Assembly (NCBI GenBank): GCA_951406725.2
Contig: OX597814.1
Location: 74,710,001-74,774,000, forward strand
DNA: 64,000 nucleotides
Direction of reading: 5' to 3'
DNA from: Octopus vulgaris
Lineage: Eukaryota
Of the stretch, positions 63,016-64,000 are shown one piece after another. Position numbers and translations under genes: made by a program. The notes below the pieces were generated by a model, which saw nothing but the letters and a program-made list of their open reading frames with translations, was not told the DNA's origin and made no database searches. Position 1 is the stretch's first letter. The number at the start of each line of letters is the position of its first letter.

Positions 63016-64000
63016 GCATACATATATATGTATATGTATACACAGACACGGGCACAGACACACACACACACACAAATACATCTGTGCATACATATATTGC
63101 GCTTAAAACCAGGATAAATCTTCCAATCCAATAACTATCTCGGACTTAATAAGGAATGACGCTGCTGCAACAAGTAGACACATTCGAAACTGCTATATTA
63201 AAAAAAAACAAAAGAACAAAAGCGCCTTTCAAATATTTGGCGGTGGTTCACTCACCAGCACACCTCAACTTCTGGCTCGCTATGTACGGTCTCCTTTCTT
63301 TACCCATTTTTTAAAATTTATACTAGAACAATTTCTGCACATCTGAATTAACATACTAAATCCTAGAGTTGAAAGGCTTGGTATTTACTCTGCGTCTATT
63401 TAATCCTCCTTCTCGCACCACCCTAACTGTCTTTTACTCCAGAACTCCACAATGAGCACTTCTTCCAGTCTTTTCTTCAGAAAATTTCAAGCTCTTCAAT
63501 TCACTGCAATCTCACTATTTTCCTTCGTAGACATTAACCAATCGATGTTTAAATATTTGCATTAATCTCACGATTGTGCAGGTGAGGAAAAGGCTAATGG
63601 GCATTCCCCACTCTTGCTTGACTAACTCATATAAAATTATATGGAGCTTTGGTTAACGGAAATGAATATTTCCTTTATTGTCTTATTATCGGTGACAGGA
63701 ACAAGAACTAAGAGTCAATGTATGAAAACAGAGTTATTTCCATTCCTAGTTGAAAGCAAATTACAATTCATTAAATCTCTAAATGAATTTTCTTGGAAAA
63801 ACTATGAGTCTCTCTATAACTCATTTGCCCATAACCAGATATTATAGGATCTTGTTCCTAGTCGAAGATACTTATATACTAACTTTAATTTTAATAATGG
63901 TATCAGTGAGAGTATTCAATAAGTCTTTGCTATATTGCTCGTTATACGTTATTTTGAAACCTATACACACTGATAATTATTAGTGTGTATAGCTTTGAAA

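Overview
AT-rich, microsatellite-saturated animal genomic DNA. The SINE families and repeat load suggest an Octopus-type cephalopod (inference). Only one host gene is well supported: a small secreted single-EGF precursor at 7530-7841 (+). It has a compact TATA/CCAAT/NF-kB-type promoter and a probable 3'-UTR intron. The rest is mobile-element derived: an apparently young Penelope-like element (PLE) with an 896-aa RT/GIY-YIG ORF and inverted pseudo-LTRs (pLTRs), further PLE fragments and fold-back derivatives, two Tx1/L1 LINEs inserted in (TCTA)n, an RLE-type (R4/Dong-like) LINE in (TATG)n, RTE remnants, Tc1/mariner and Sola-like remnants, and many tRNA-derived SINEs. Reading the PLE-derived repeats by eye reveals many hammerhead-ribozyme (HHR) motifs: minimal type I, extended-stem-II, stem-II-less, and a retrozyme-like tandem. 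Most notably, three divergent copies have the three HHR strands in a non-circularly permuted (pseudoknotted) order, braced by an extra covarying helix. All structures were derived by manual pairing; no database search or folding program was run.
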